DNA from: the human T2T-CHM13v2.0 reference genome, Homo sapiens
Assembly (NCBI RefSeq): GCF_009914755.1
Contig: NC_060947.1
Reading direction: 5' to 3' (one strand)
Length of the DNA: 64,000 bases
Shown here: one piece after another, positions 29,601 to 44,050 of the stretch
Numbering within the stretch: position 1 is the first letter of the stretch
How the letters are laid out: the number at the start of each line of letters is the position of its first letter
Made by a program: the position numbers and the translations under genes
Notes under the pieces: model-generated
What the model saw: only the letters and a program-made list of their open reading frames with translations
Database searches by the model: none
Told to the model about the DNA's origin: nothing

Positions 29601-32600
29601 CCTCTGAGAATATTAATTATGTTATTTAAAATTTCTCTTTTCTAAACTATATTTATTCTGGGCTCAATATTCTGTTGTTTCAAAACTTACTGTTTTACTC
29701 TGCTGTTTTCTATCTTATGTGTTAAATCATGGTTGCTTCTTTTATACTTCAGAAGGAAATATTTGATTGATTATTGTTGATGTGTTAGAATTGATTTTCT
29801 CTGTAATTGTGTAGTCAGAGTTTTTTGATAAACTGCTTACCAGATGAGGAAGACTAAATGGAAGCTTTGTTTCTGAGGATGAAGCTAGACATTTAGAATG
29901 ACAAGCTTTATTTTATAATGACTATATGAAGACTTAAAATATTAGGCCTGAGATACCCAAAGGCCAGACTGGGGAATGCTTCACTTCAGATATCAAACTC
30001 AATATATGAAAGCATAACTCTACCCATGGAGATAATCATTGCAATTTTGGTGCATATCTCTGTATCTGTGTCGGTGACTGTGTGCCTGTGTTTTGATTAT
30101 GTGGCAGAAGGCAGGAAAATGGTCTTCCCATCTCTCTGCGCACAGGGGAGGATAGGATAAGGGTGGAAACTGGGCCAGTTTTTCCATACTCGTTAAAATT
30201 AACACTCTCATAACCTCACTTCTCACCATATTACTGTGTGGTGGAGTTGGACAGAATGAGATGATAGTGAAAACTAGCACAGTTTTTAGATAGACAGTCA
30301 TTCATATTAGCTCCTCTATAGTCCCGTATTCGTGCTGACTTCAGAAATAGATATTCTCTGGGGTTTTCCCATGTGGATCAGCTCCTACTTCTACTCTAGG
30401 TAACACAGTCACCATGAACAGAGCAGGGTAAGAAAGAAACCAGCCCCATGCTGTGTGCTTTCGATGTTCCCATATCACAAACACACAAATAAATAGTTAA
30501 ATTTATATAGCAACTTCTGTCACTTTGCTTCTGGCAACCCTAATCAAGATCTCTTGTGGCTAACATTTAGCTCCAAGGAAAACACTTTTCCACCTATATT
30601 ATCCTATGCTCAAACATGTCCAAATGCCAAAGAGTTTTGTGTACTGAAGACAGACACTGCTTCAGGGGGTGAGAAACATTTGAGTGCATTATGTAACAGG
30701 AAACATAAATTAACTTCTTTTTCCTCAAATAGCATAAATCCAATAGATTCTTGCTTAAGGAAGTATTATTTCTCAGTAGCGTCACGCATCCCTTTTCTTG
30801 CTTCTCTTTGTACTTCAAATCTTGTTTCTGGAAAGACAAACAAATCTACATGGTTTTGTAACCATTGCACAATGCAGATGAGAAAAATGTTGCTATATTA
30901 ACAGTTTTTATTCCTTTTAAATTTGTGTATTTGTAGATGTGGCAAGCATTGTATTATGCTAGTTCTTTGCATTGGCAATTGGATGCACGTTAAAGGGTAC
31001 AATTGCAAGTAGTTTTATATTTATAATATTATTTCATAAAATTTGTTTAAATTGTCAAAATATTCTAAAAATTCTAGCTTTGTTTAAATTTTTAACAAAA
31101 ATTTTAATATTTATTAATATTTGTATTTGTCCTTTTAATGTTATAATTTTTAATATTATAGAAGAGAATAACTTTTGAAAGCATATATAAAATAACTGTT
31201 TTAATATAGTTTATTAATTTAATTTTATGAACATAAGTTCAAGACTTGCCCATTTTGAGAATGATTGTGTTTTATATTTTAATCTTTTGTAGCACACTAT
31301 CAATAGCACAAGTCTTATATGAATATATTAATTTTAACAACATGGAAGACAGGAAAATTAATATGGTAGGAATATTCATAAATTAAGAAATGAGTATATC
31401 TGTATTTTATTATTCATCCAAATATCACTGACTAACCAATAGTAAGCCAAGAAGCATACATTAATAATTAAATTTATTTTTAATATTTTCCAAAATTTAG
31501 TCATATAAAGACATAATTCAACCATGCTTTTAAACTTTTTTCAAGGTAGAACAATATATATGATGTTTTATATGACAAATTGTTAGCCCAGTGTGGAACT
31601 CTTATACTCTTGCCAGGCCCCAAAATTGTTAAGGGTGTGTCCAGGCTCCCATTTGATTTCTGGTTCCAAAAATGTATTCAAATCTATTTGCTCTTTTTTT
31701 CTTCCTTAGTCTTTGAGGTACAAGTATTCACCTTGATATTTTCAGACATGGCTTATAAAAATAATTCTGCCCATTCTTCAGTAAAATACTTATACCTCAA
31801 AATAAATGTTTTATAACCTTTGTTGAATTTTTGCCTGATCTTCAATTTCTTTATGATCTTTGGGACCAATGTGTCCTCTGTGTTAAACCTAGGGCTTAGG
31901 TTAAAGTAACAAAGCCATATTATTGAGGGATAGAAGCCAGAAGTAGAGATATCTGCTAAGGTATGGCAGGATGAGAAGTAGCCTGCCTGAGATATCAAGA
32001 AAGAATTAGCACAGTCAGGTAAGTGGTGAGTCTTTGTCAAAAGAATTTGATTGAGAGCTTGTCAAGGAGATGATTAATGAGAAAGAAATTTAAATGCTAG
32101 CTATAGTCATATTGGATAAAAACCAAGATGATGTATTGCCATAAAAAAACTCAAATTCCCAGTAAAGAACTCTCCAGTATTTATAGGAACCCATGAAATT
32201 AGTCCTTTTGAACCTGGGTACTGTTTTGACATGCCATTCAGAATACCAAGAGGGGGACTTGATACAGGAGGATGTAATAACGCTTTTTACCTAATCGATG
32301 GAGCAATAACGTTATAACAACCAACAAACCTCCAAAACATAAACAAGCAAACAAGGCAAAACCCTACTTTATAAGACTTAACAGCATATAAGAAAAATAT
32401 CTCCTCTTACATTTGTATTTCATCTCTAGCTCCTCATAAACAAACAAACACTGAAGAGTAAAAGAGGATAGATAACTTGTATTTTATTTAAGCTCATCTG
32501 TGGAATGTTCTGCTAACCTGATTCAAATGCCAACATTACCAGCCAGTAATTCTCATTTCTCTTTGGTGTAGGCAACTCATGGGAAAGGTCCTCTTTAAGC

Positions 32601-32913
32601 CTTCTTAGCATTTGGGTTATGCTGATGTCACCATAGTTTTTGCTTTTTCTCTAATGGACTACAAGCTTCATGAAGGCCTGGACCATATCCACTTTGTTTT
32701 TTGTCATTATTTTCCCATATGTATATTTGCATAGTTTTGAATGAATGAATGGTTATGAGGTCACTGACTATGTAGAATTGTAGCCCAGGGCTATTTTAAT
32801 AATTAATAAATATATTTAAAGGGACAGATAATTTAATGTTCAAAAGCATTTGTTAGAGCAACTTTATTTTGGGAGACTATTACAGGCACAGTGTTCTAGT
32901 AACAAACAATACA

Positions 32914-32987
32914 TAAGAACAGTGAAAAAATAAAGAAGATTTAACATCTGTAAGAACAGTAAAAAATATAGAAGATTTTAATATCTG
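32914..32987. repeat. 37-bp imperfect tandem duplication
   Basis: taagaacagt(g)aaaaaata(a/t)agaagatt(t)taa(c/t)atctg x2. Confidence 0.85.
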
Positions 32988-33925
32988 TTAAGAGATGAAA
33001 AAACCATTCAATCCCAGTCACTGTGAGTAAGAAATGAAAAGCATATTTTTCATGATTTTTATTTACTAAATAAAACCACTTCTTAATTTGCTCTGAGTTT
33101 CTGAATCTTCAACTGCTATAATTTGATTTAGGATCCAAAATTTTAATAGCAAAAGTGGTTCATCTGCACAGACATGTTTAGAGAATCACAGAGAAGGATC
33201 AGACACTTACTTTGAAGTCATAGCATCCTTTTACACTTAATTGTACACTAGGGTGTACTAATCAACAACTTCTTCTCCTTCTTAAAGAACAAAGAAACTG
33301 ACAGAAACAGCTCTCTACAATTAGGTCACAATTACCTTATTTCTCAGAAGGTTTTTTAAAAAACAGAGACAAACATACATTTCTAAAACACAGATGGCAA
33401 AAAAAAAGAGAAATCTGTAGAAGTATAGAATAAGGAATTGGCATTTATTCCTGTCTTCCAAAGCATGATTTCAGGAAAAGCCAAGCAAATCATTGAAGGT
33501 CTCTTCAGGAGGCCATTATATTTTAAATAATGGATTAGGGCTAAGACTCACTGCTTTTAAGAATCATGAGATTCTCAAAATATTTTTTAAATGGGTGTGT
33601 ATATCTAGTGAGAGATAATGTTAACATTATCCAGAGACCAGGCTGTACCAGCCAACGTAGAGCATAGGGCTAGCAGGTCACTTCCAAGAGATAGGAGATT
33701 AATGATGGTTAATAACTGCAAGTTTTGATGGTGGAGTGAAAAGGCCAAGGTATCTGAAAAACACAATCAAGGCTGGGATTCTGGGTTTTGGGTTGACTTT
33801 TAGAAACTAAAGTGGCAATGGGCAAAAGATTTAGAAGTAAATTAATTATGTATACAGAGGTTGTGTATGTATGTGTAAAACAGAGAGGGGGGTTGGAAGA
33901 AGGAATAGGATGGGGTGTGTGTGGC

Positions 33926-34275
33926 TGATACGTTTGGCTCTGTGTCCTCACCCAAATATCATCTTGAATTGTATTCCCATAATTCCCCCGTGTTGTGGAA
34001 GGGACTTGGTGGGAGATAATTTGAATCATGGGGACAGTTTCCCCCCTACTGTCCTCGTGGTAGTAAGTCTCATGAGGTCTGATGGTTTTATCAGGAGTTT
34101 CCACTTTTGCATCTTCCTCATTTTCTCTTGCCACCACCGTGTAAGAAGTGCCTTTTCCCTCCAGCCATAATTCTGAGGCCTCCCCAGCCATGTGGAACTG
34201 TAAGTCCAATTAAACCTCTTTTTCTTCCCAGTCTCGGGTATGTCTTTATCAGCAGCATGAAAATGGACTAATACA
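33926..34275 (+). mobile_element. THE1 solo LTR
   Basis: tgatacgtttggctctgtgtc...aaatggactaataca; 5-bp TSD gtggc. Confidence 0.95.
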
Positions 34276-36085
34276 GTGGCATTAGTCACAGAATATTGAG
34301 TTTGCAGCTAAGCAGAAATTCAGTTAAAATAAATCATAAGTGGTATCAGAATTCACAGTTGTTACCTGGGTGAGTATAGAGTTAAGACAGGAATTTTGGT
34401 TAAAATTGGGCATAAAGGAATATGTGGGAGCAGCTTTAGATCAAATGACTCAAAGACCAAGGAAGGAGGCATGTTTCGTGGTACTTAAATATCCACAAAG
34501 TGAATTCTTTCCAACCAGAACAGAGACCATACTGTACTTCATATTTTGGATAAAATAAGGTGACTGACAAAGGATTAAGGCTGCACATGAGACTTTTAAA
34601 GGAGGCTGGATATTATTCCTATAATCACACTGGAAATAACCTAATACTCTAAGTCATGAATTTTCCTGACAATTTTGGGATAATTGTTTTCATCACATAA
34701 AATACTTTTTTTTCTCATTTCTTAAGAAAACTTATCAGAGAATTCATTTAATTATATATATGTATATATTTTTTCTTTAGAGTTTGATTAAACAACTTTT
34801 TAACAATAACCCATTGTTGTGAACCTTGATAGATCTTTGTGACTTTTTGGAATACTGGCATTATGACATGTAGTAAAGTTACTTATCAATTTGGTCTGTG
34901 AAAAACTGTTGTATGAGCTTCATTACGACAGAAATTTGTTTCGCTATTATAATGAAAACTGTGTTTATAAAAAAAAATCCATGTTTTAAAACATTTATAA
35001 AAATCTAGATAATATAATAACCACCAATAATTTCATCATCATTATAAACAACTATTTAAATGATAATTAAATTATTGCAGTCTCCTGTGTATATCTCCTA
35101 TTTTTATGTATCCTATTTCTTTCATTTCATAACATATCTTGAACATCTAAGAGTGGTATATAAGAAGAAGTAATGAGTTAAATCCTTAATGAAATACATA
35201 TACAAATATACAGCAATATATATAATCTATCATATATGTATATTTCAAATATATATATCTATGTGTAAACAGTAGAGTGTGATTATGTTTTTTATAACTT
35301 CCCACAGAAAAGTCAAAAACAAAGGTGGAAACAGCATTTATAGTGTAATTAGGGAAAGATCACAATCCCAAACCACAGATTCTGAAAACTTAAGATCAAG
35401 TTGAGGGACAATCCCATCATCTGTCACATATTTCTTCTAAATTAATTCCATGTAGAATTTTGGAAAAGTAAAAGCAATTTGAGTTGTCAGTGATCCTTAA
35501 CTTTTGTGGATGATACCTTTGGTGGCAGAAATCAGAGAAAATAAAAGAGAACATCACTTTGAGGCCTACAAATGCACAAATGCAAAAAACAAAACAAAAC
35601 AACAACAACGAAAAACCTGTGTGTCTAAATGAGCATTATTTTTTAACTACTCAGTGTTTATTCAAGAGAAATGACTTGGAAGCAAAACTAGGTAGGTAAG
35701 AGAATAGAAGGAGATACCTGAATTTTTCCTTTACAGCTGCTGAGCAATAGCAACAATAGCAAGTCAATCATAAAGCATCCAAGTGGCCTACTTGTGTTTC
35801 AGTGGTATTGAACAGATTCTAAAATTAAAAGAAAAAATTTTGCTTTTTCCCATTTTGGTTTACATTTATTGAATGTAGAATCAAAATATATCACTACAGA
35901 ATGCTGTCGAAAACATAAAGGATGAAGTGTATGGAAGTTATAGACAATGTAGTTGTTCATAACTACACAGAGGAAAAACTAATCAGAAGAAGTTAGATTT
36001 GAAAACCAAGAAGAACCAAAGCCCAAACAGTGGGATAATTGATGTTTCTGATCAAACCACAAGTTAAACAGGAAAAATATATGCA

Positions 36086-36445
36086 TGTTATGGACTGAAT
36101 AATTGTGTGTTGCCCAAACTAGTAAGCTGAAATCCTAACCTCCAATGTGATAGTATTAGGAAGTGGGGACTTTGATAGGTAATTAGGTCATGAGAGTGGA
36201 GCCCTCATACATGAAATAGTGCCCTTATAAGAATAAACACAAAATAGATTATTTCTTTCTTTGCCGTGTAAAGATATAAGAAGACAGTTATCCGTAAGCC
36301 AGTAAGAGTGCTCTAACCAGACGAGATGCCTGCCAGAATCTTGATTTTGGAATTTCCAGCCTCCAGAACTATGAGAAATAAATGTTTGTAGTTTAAGCCA
36401 CCAAGTCTCTGGTAATCTGTTATAGCAGCTGAAACTGACAAGACA
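36086..36445 (+). mobile_element. MLT1A-type solo LTR
   Basis: tgttatggactgaat...ctgacaagaca; 5-bp TSD atgca. Confidence 0.9.
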
Positions 36446-38019
36446 ATGCATGTTTAATTTTATGATTGAATAAAACTTTCCTGAAATCAAGAGAATCTTC
36501 AGTCTGTAGACTGAAATGTCTCACCGTATATCAGAAAAGAATTAAACAAGAATGATCCCTGTAAGTCTGAATTTGTTGGATGATGAGTATAAATAATTCC
36601 ACAAACATCCAAAGAAGAGAAGAAAATAATTTACTAAGAGAAATAAGTCGATTTCAAGATTATCATCTTTAGCCACATTTGATGATGATATCAAAGGAAA
36701 ATAGAAAAATGTCAACAGATGGGAAAACTTGATGACTCAAGAATTGCCTGCCCATTCAGAACGTGGTTCACTTGTAAAGTACAAAAAGGAGTACTTAAAT
36801 ATGTAAGAATAGCAATTACAATAATCACAAATGTTTATTAAAAATGTCGCTTTTTAAGTGGAGCCTTAAAAATGTCCTTGAAAATGTGCGTTACCTACTA
36901 AAAATTGAATTAAAATGCATTTCAGTAATGGAGAAGTCCTGGTGAGAAAACAGTGGTGCAAAAATTTTATTCACAATGACAAAGAACAAAATGTGGTAAT
37001 GATGGTTTCAAAGCACAACTTTGTAATTAAATGTAATTGAAATAAATTTTGAAAACAGCTCACAAGCGTATAGATAATAATGGCATAATAGTATTCAGAA
37101 AATTAGAATACTTATAAGCATATTTCACTTTAGTAACCAATATATGAGTGAAAGGTGTATAAACATCACGACAGACATTGAAAAGGCTTGATGAAATTCA
37201 ACACCCATTCTGATATAAGGTTTATAGATATTTCTACTGACTAATGCTTATTTCCTTAACACTTTTCTAAACAAAATCTAGCATCCATACATAACGAAAA
37301 GACCACAGAGACATTTTCAATAAAATAAAAGAAAAAACAAAGATTTGTTTTTCCTCTACCTTTAACATCGTTTTGTGTATTCAAATATACAAGATAAAAA
37401 TATAAGAAGTTTGAGAAGCAGACAGACAAGTTATTTTTACATAAGAATTATCCAAAAAGCCATGTTATAAACTAGTGGAAACAGTAAGCAATAACAGTTA
37501 GATGGTGATTATAAAATTAGTATAGTATAGAATTAATAGATTCCTTATAATGCATCAAGCACAATTAAAGTTTCAAAGTCTATTGCCCATTTTTATATTA
37601 CGGTATTAATCTTCTAAAACATATATATGTGCATATGTATATGAACACAAATATTTATTTAGATAAATCTTATAGAAGTGATCTCTTTCATTTTTGACTA
37701 CATAAAAGTAAAACGTTATTTTCAGTTGGAACCAAATAATTTCTGGTATTGCTGTAATTATTGGAAAGTCTTCTGTATGCCAGAGTTATTGAAAGATTTC
37801 ACTTGAATTCTATTTAAATAGTTCCTGGTTTTATTTTAATTTTTTATTTATTAATAACATTTAAAATGTGTGCTAATGTATGATGTGAATGAGGGATTTA
37901 GATTTCTTTTACAAGTGACTCTCCAGTTAGTTTACTTAATCTACTAAATAATTGTTATTTTATCCACTGACTTGAAATCATGCCTTCATCATAGACTAAA
38001 ATAAGTACAAAATAAGTTT

Positions 38020-38665
38020 AAGCTTATGCAGTTCTTCAATACAACAGAAGAAAAGGAAATATTACCTAACTTATTTTTTGAGGCTAGTGAAATCTTAATA
38101 CTATAGAAGTGAAAACCATAGGCCACTCTCACTCTAGTGAAAACATTCTAAGTGAAATATTAATAAAATGAACCTGAGTGTTTAAAAACATATTGTATCA
38201 TTATCAACTTGGGGTCACTATAAGAATACAATATTTATTCGAGATGAATTCTTCTATTAAAATAATTAAATACATTTGCAGATTAATGGAGAAAAAGCAT
38301 GTGCTCACCTAAAAATGCAGAAAAACTTACAATTATTAATAATTCAGTATACATTCATGCAAAAACTATTGACAAACTAGGAATATAAAAGAATAAAAAT
38401 GATAATAGGTATTTCCGTACTCAATTCTGAAATGTTAAAAACATTCTCTGAAATCAGAGATAATTAAACTGAGAGCCCTAGCCAACAAAATAAGAAAAGG
38501 AAACAACGTATATTAGTATTACAAAGGAAACAATACTTATTTGCAGATGATAAGATTGTCTATAGTGAAAACCCAAATGAATTTACAAATAATATTATAT
38601 TTAATGAAAAATATAATCAGTTTCTTAAATTCAAGATCTATATGAAAAAGTCAATTGCATGTCTC
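38020..38665 (+). mobile_element. Degenerate L1M ORF2 fragment
   Basis: 'ttatttgcagatgataagattgtctat' (LFADD-like), 'aaaatgcagaaaaa'. Confidence 0.6.
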
Positions 38666-38667
38666 TA

Positions 38668-39058
38668 TAGGCATACCTTGAAGATATTGCAGGTCCTGTT
38701 CCAGACCACAATATTTAAGTGAATATCACAATAAAGTAAATCACAGAAACTTTTGGTTTCCCAGTGCATATAAAAGTTACGTTTACACTATCCTGTAGTC
38801 TATAGCATTGTAGTATGTTTACACTATCTTATAGTCTGCAATAGCATTGTGTCTAAAAAATACCTTAATACCTTAATTAAAAGACACTTTATTTCTAAAA
38901 AAATGCTGACACAGAGATACCAAGTAAGCACATGCTGTTGGAAAAAATGGTGCTGATAGATTTGCTCCATGCAGCGTTGCCACAAACCTTCAAGTTGTAG
39001 AAACTGCAAGATCTGCAAAGTGCACTAGAGCGAAGCACAATAAAATGAGGTATGCCTG
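38668..39058. mobile_element. Tigger2a/MER28-like DNA transposon
   Basis: TIRs 'taggcatacct' / 'aggtatgcctg'; internal ~36-bp duplication at 38781-38850. Confidence 0.85.
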
Positions 39059-39134
39059 CATATCTGTAACCTCTTTAATGTAACCTCTTTGAAAAACTGC
39101 CAATATTCACTGGAGCTAAAGAGATATGAGTGTG

Positions 39135-39577
39135 TGTGATGGTTGATACTGAGTGTCAACTTGATTGGATTAAAAGATGCAAAGTATTGTTCCTAGGTGT
39201 GTCTGTAAGGGTGTTGCCAAGGAAGATTAACATTTGATTCAGTGGACTGGGAAAGGCAGACCTACCCTTAATCTTGGTGGGCACAATCTAATCAGCTGCC
39301 AGTGCAGCCAGAATAAAAAGCAGGAAAAAGAAGGTGAAAACACTAGACTGGCTTCACTTCCCAGCCTGCATCTTTCTCCCATGCTGGATGCTTCCTGCCC
39401 TCAAACATCAGACTCTAAGTTCTGCAGCCTTGGGAATCAGCTTTCTTGCTCCCCGGCTTGCAGATGGTCTATTATGGGACCTTGTGATCGTGTGAGTTAA
39501 TACTCCTTAATAAACTCTCCTTCATATATACATCTATCTTATTAGTTATGTCCCTCTAGGGAACCCTGATTAATACA
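39135..39577 (+). mobile_element. MLT2A (ERVL) solo LTR
   Basis: tgtgatggttgatactgagtgtcaacttgattgg...gaaccctgattaataca; TSD gtgtg. Confidence 0.93.
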
Positions 39578-39609
39578 GTGTGTGTGTATACATATCATAT
39601 AAATACATA

Positions 39610-39615
<6 letters not shown>

Positions 39616-39649
<34 letters not shown>
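39616..39649. repeat. (CA)n microsatellite
   Basis: Seen directly. Confidence 0.95.
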
Positions 39650-39652
<3 letters not shown>

Positions 39653-40106
39653 TGATTGTTGAAAAACACAGCATGGGTTTGAACTGTGTAGGTCCACTTA
39701 TACATGGATTTTCTCCTGCTGCTGCCACCCCTGAGACAGGAGGACCAACCATTCTTCCTCCTCAGCCTACTCAATGTGAAGGCAATGAGGATAAAGACAT
39801 TTATGATGATTCACTTCTATCTAATGAATAGAAAATATATTGTCCTTATAGTTTTCTTCTTTACTTTTTTCTTTTTATTTTCTTAATAACAATTTTTCTC
39901 TCTAGGGTACTTATTGAAAAATCACACTATATAAAATATATAACATATAAAATTTGTGTTAATTTACTTTATGTTACCAGTAAGGCTCCCAGTCAACAGT
40001 ACACAATTAATAGTTAAGTTTGAGCGGAGTCAATAGTTTTACACAGATTTTTGACAGTGCAAGGGATCAGAGCCTCTAACATCTGCATTGTTTAAGGGTC
40101 GAATGT
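39650..40106. mobile_element. TcMar-Tigger family non-autonomous element
   Basis: 'gggtttgaactgtgtaggtccacttatacatggatttt' and terminal 'ttgtttaagggtcgaatgta'. Confidence 0.7.
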
Positions 40107-40716
40107 ATGAGTGTGTATCTGATACACACGCACTCCATATACATGTTTGTGTGTATGCGTGTGTGTGTATCTTTTCTATCACCCAGCAATACCCCACTTA
40201 AAAATATATGCAACAGAAATGCGTACATATATCCACCAAAGGACATGTATAAGAAAGTTCATAGTCTAAAACTAGAAACAATTCAAATATTTATCAACAA
40301 AATGGATAAATTATATTCACACAAATACTATACAACAATGATGATGAACAAGTATTCTATGCAAAAATGAATACATTCACAAACATGATGTTGAGCAAGG
40401 AAGCCAGGTGTAAAGAGTACATAGTTTTTACTCTATTTATGTAAAATTTAAAATAAAATAGGCAGAATAATCTTTTATCATAAGAGTCATAATCACGGTT
40501 ACTTTTGGGGAAAGTTACGGGTAATGAATGAAAGAGGCCCAGACAATTAATTCTTTGATTCAAAGTCCTGATTTAATTCAGCAGTCCTGTTCATTTTGTG
40601 AATATTTATCCAGTTATACACTTAAGATTTATGCATTTATCTGTATATGTATATGTTTATTGTTTATATGTTTACTTATAAACATGTATATAAATATGTA
40701 TATTTATATATTATTC

Positions 40717-40816
40717 ATGTTTAAGTGAAACTTAAAATATAATTATATAATTAATTTATTAAATAAATTATATAATAATTTAATTATATTTTAATTAAAG
40801 AGTTTCACTTAAACAT
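40717..40816. repeat. AT-rich inverted repeat/hairpin
   Basis: Perfect 16-bp arms atgtttaagtgaaact / agtttcacttaaacat enclosing a quasi-palindromic AT core. Confidence 0.85.
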
Positions 40817-41196
40817 TGCTATGGTTTGAATAGGTCTCTTCCAAAATTCAGGTGTTACCAATGTGATAATGCTAAAATGTGGAGCCCTTAAGAGGTGATT
40901 AAGCCATGAAAACTTTCTTTGAATGGGATTAAGGACTTAGAGTCTTCTGGCAGCTTTAACCTCACTTGACCTTCCGCCTTCCACCATGTAAAGACACAGC
41001 ATTCTTCCCTTCTGGAATATGCAGCAACAAGGTGCCATATTGGAAGCAGAGAGTAGCTCTCACAAGACAACCAAATCTGTGGGTGTCTTGACCTTGAACA
41101 TCCCAGCCTCCAGAACTATGACAAATAAATTTCTGTTCTTTATATACTGTACAGTCTGTGGTATTCTGCTACAGCAACACAAAACTGAGTAAAACA
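40817..41196 (+). mobile_element. MST (C-like) solo LTR
   Basis: tgctatggtttgaat...ccagcctccagaactatgacaaataaatttctg...aaaca. Confidence 0.85.
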
Positions 41197-41789
41197 GAAA
41201 TAGTTCAAATGTATTTTTAAAATTGAATGAATTACTTAAGAATATGTTTGGTTTTGCATCTTTTTGAGCACAATGTTGTCACGTGTATGTAAAAATGCAG
41301 TTTGTAATTCCTCATAATCTTCTTTCATGTGTCAATATAAAAGATGTATTTATTTTCCTTTTGATAGACATTTAAATTGATGCTATGACAGCTCTTGTTA
41401 ATTTTTACTGGTGAATTTAAAAATGGGTTAATTGGAATGTCATTTCAGGTTCTCCAGTCAGCAGACACTGAAATGCCTACATGACTAAGAGATTTTTGTG
41501 GGGGTAATAAGGGTGCCTGTTGAAAGCAAAGGGGAGAAAGCAGAATTGGGCAGGAAAAGCCTTCAGACTTCCAGGTATATCTATGAAAGTCTAGGCCAAC
41601 CCAGTGGGGAGATTTGAAGCTGGGATTTACCATTTGAGAGACCCTGTGTTGGGCAGAAATAGTTAAGGTGCCGTAAATGGAAGTTGTCAGCTACTGCACT
41701 CCTTGCAACTGAAATGCAAGTTATTTTGAAGTGCAAGTGATAAAGTGTACCCATATGGCTGCCAAAATGTGCCAGCAGGATAATCAAAA

Positions 41790-42109
41790 AAATTTTTATT
41801 TTTTTAAATTTTTTTATTTTTTTGAGACGGAGTCTCACTCTGTGGCCCAAGCTGGAGTGCAGTGGTGTGATCTCGGCTCACTGGAAGCTCCGCCTCCCAG
41901 GTTCACACCATTCTCCCGCCTCAGCCTCCCCCAGTAGCTGGGGACTACAGGTGCATGCCATCACACCTGGCTAATTTTTTTCTGTATTTTTAGTAGAGGC
42001 GGGGTTTCACCGTGTTAACCAGGATCATCTGGGTCTCCCGACCTCGTGATCCACCCGCCTTGGCCTCCAAAAGTGCTGGGATTAAAGGCTTAAACCACCG
42101 TGCCTGGCC
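41790..42109 (-). mobile_element. AluY-like SINE
   Basis: 'ttcacaccattctc' and 'gacctcgtgatcc' diagnostics; TSD aggataatcaaa at 41777-41788 and 42112-42123. Confidence 0.93.
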
Positions 42110-42928
42110 TTAGGATAATCAAATTTTTAATTTTATAAGGTAATACTGATTACTTTCTAAATTAGTTGTACCAATTTATGTACTTACAAGCAGAATGTAA
42201 GATTTTCCACTGGCCCACACCTTTTCCAATATTATAGAAATTTAGACTTCCTAAGTTTAGAAACATGTACAAAACTTTTTATATTATTGTGTTAATAATA
42301 GCAAAAATCTAAACATAACCTAAATGTCTATCAACAATAAAATGAATAAGTTGCAGTTATGATCATACAATAGGCTCTTATGCAGCTCCACCTATCAATT
42401 TAGATAAACCTCAGAAAACATAATAATGTGTGAAAGAAGCAAGTCACAAAAATGTATACAGTATGATTCCAATGTTATAAAGGTCATAAACAGACAAAAT
42501 GAAACAATATTTTGTTTAGGAACACATACATAGGTGTTAAAGCTAAAATGAAAAGAAAATGAATGATTAATTTTACATTCAGAATGTATCTGTTGAGAAG
42601 GAAAGAACACATAGGGTATTTATGGAGATAAATATATTCTATTTATATTACTTAGATTGAGTGTTTGCTTCATGATTGTATATGGGCTCATATGTTCATT
42701 TGTACATATTCTTCCAAACAATTGTTTAAATAATGTTGTATCTCACAACTGAAAATATTTTCAACAAAAGAAAAAGTGGTCCATACTCGCTGCTTCCTAA
42801 ATATTAATGTAGCAGGAAATAGTTCACATTAAGAACTAGTGTTTCCAAAGATTACAAAAGGCTTGGAAGGACTTGGATAGCAGATTTTATGAGCACACAA
42901 GTCCTAAGACTCAAGCAGGCCTTTCAGG

Positions 42929-43405
42929 CAGTGCTTCCCTAAATTTTATTTGTTTACAGATCACGTAGAGATTTTGTTAAAATGTAGATTCAGCGACTCT
43001 GCCTCCTCTCACCCTCCATCCTCCACCTTCTGGTAGCCCCCAGTATCTGTTGTTCCCCTTTTTGTGTCCACCTCTTCTTGTCATTTATTTCCCACTTTAA
43101 GTGAGAACATGCAGTATTTGGTTTTCTGTTACTGCATTAGTTTGCTAAAGATAATGGCCTCCTATTGGGTACTAGGCTTAGTACCTGAGTGATAAAATAA
43201 TCTGTACATCAAACCCCCAGGACATGAGTTTCCCTATATAACAAACCTGCACGTGTATCCCTGAACCTAAAATAAAAGTTTAAAAAAATGTAGATTCTGA
43301 TTCAGCAGGTCTGAGGTGAAGCCTGAGACATTTCATTTCTAACATGCTCCCAGGTGATGCAGATGGATCCTACTAGTTTTTGAACCACATTTTGTGTTGC
43401 AGTGA
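42929..43405. mobile_element. MER5A (hAT-Charlie) interrupted by an L1
   Basis: 'ttgttaaaatgtagattc' ... 'ctgattcagcaggtctgaggtgaagcctgaga...tttctaacatgctcccaggtgatgc'. Confidence 0.8.
42992..43288 (+). mobile_element. 5'-truncated, 5'-inverted older L1PA 3' end
   Basis: Antisense L1 at 42992-43162, sense at 43163-43288; 13-bp TSD aaaatgtagattc at 42979-42991 and 43285-43297. Confidence 0.9.
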
Positions 43406-44050
43406 TTTAGAGCACTTGCTATAGAAACAGTACACAGGTGGGTTGAAGAGCGAAATCAATGTTTATCCTTTACTAAGGAAATCACAATGGTAATCGAGAT
43501 GAAAGGACAGAAATAAAAACAAATGAATTAGGAATTCGAATAAACTACAATAATGACAGAATTAAAGGAACGTACTTTAATCCACTGGGAAACATTTAGG
43601 GAAACATTTATAGTAGTTCCTTGAAGCAAGTTGTCAAAGGGAGGCAGAAAGCAATCTAATCTGGGCATTTGGAGAGTTGGTTAGTTTCCTTAATGTTAAA
43701 TCCCTTTGGGTTTTTCCCCAAGCCCTGCAATACTAATATCTGTGAGCTCACCAATGAAAAACATGATTGGAGGGGCATTTTAATAGCAATATGCTCATTG
43801 GAAAAGATTATTCAAATAAAAGGAAAAGAAGCCTGTCTGAAATAAAGAGTTTACCGTACAAAATAAGTTTGAAAGAAAAAAAATCAACATATGTACAAAA
43901 ATTAACAAACAAAATATCTGAAAAACACTATTAAAATTATTAGTGAGACCTTCTCCTATGCCACTATAAAACATAAAACAATAAACTTCAGTTGATATTC
44001 TAATCATCTCAGATTTTGAATTCGTGAGGACTGCATTAATACAATTTAAG

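Noticed and set aside
33709-34289. 166-aa and 99-aa ORFs
   Set aside because: Derived from the THE1 LTR.
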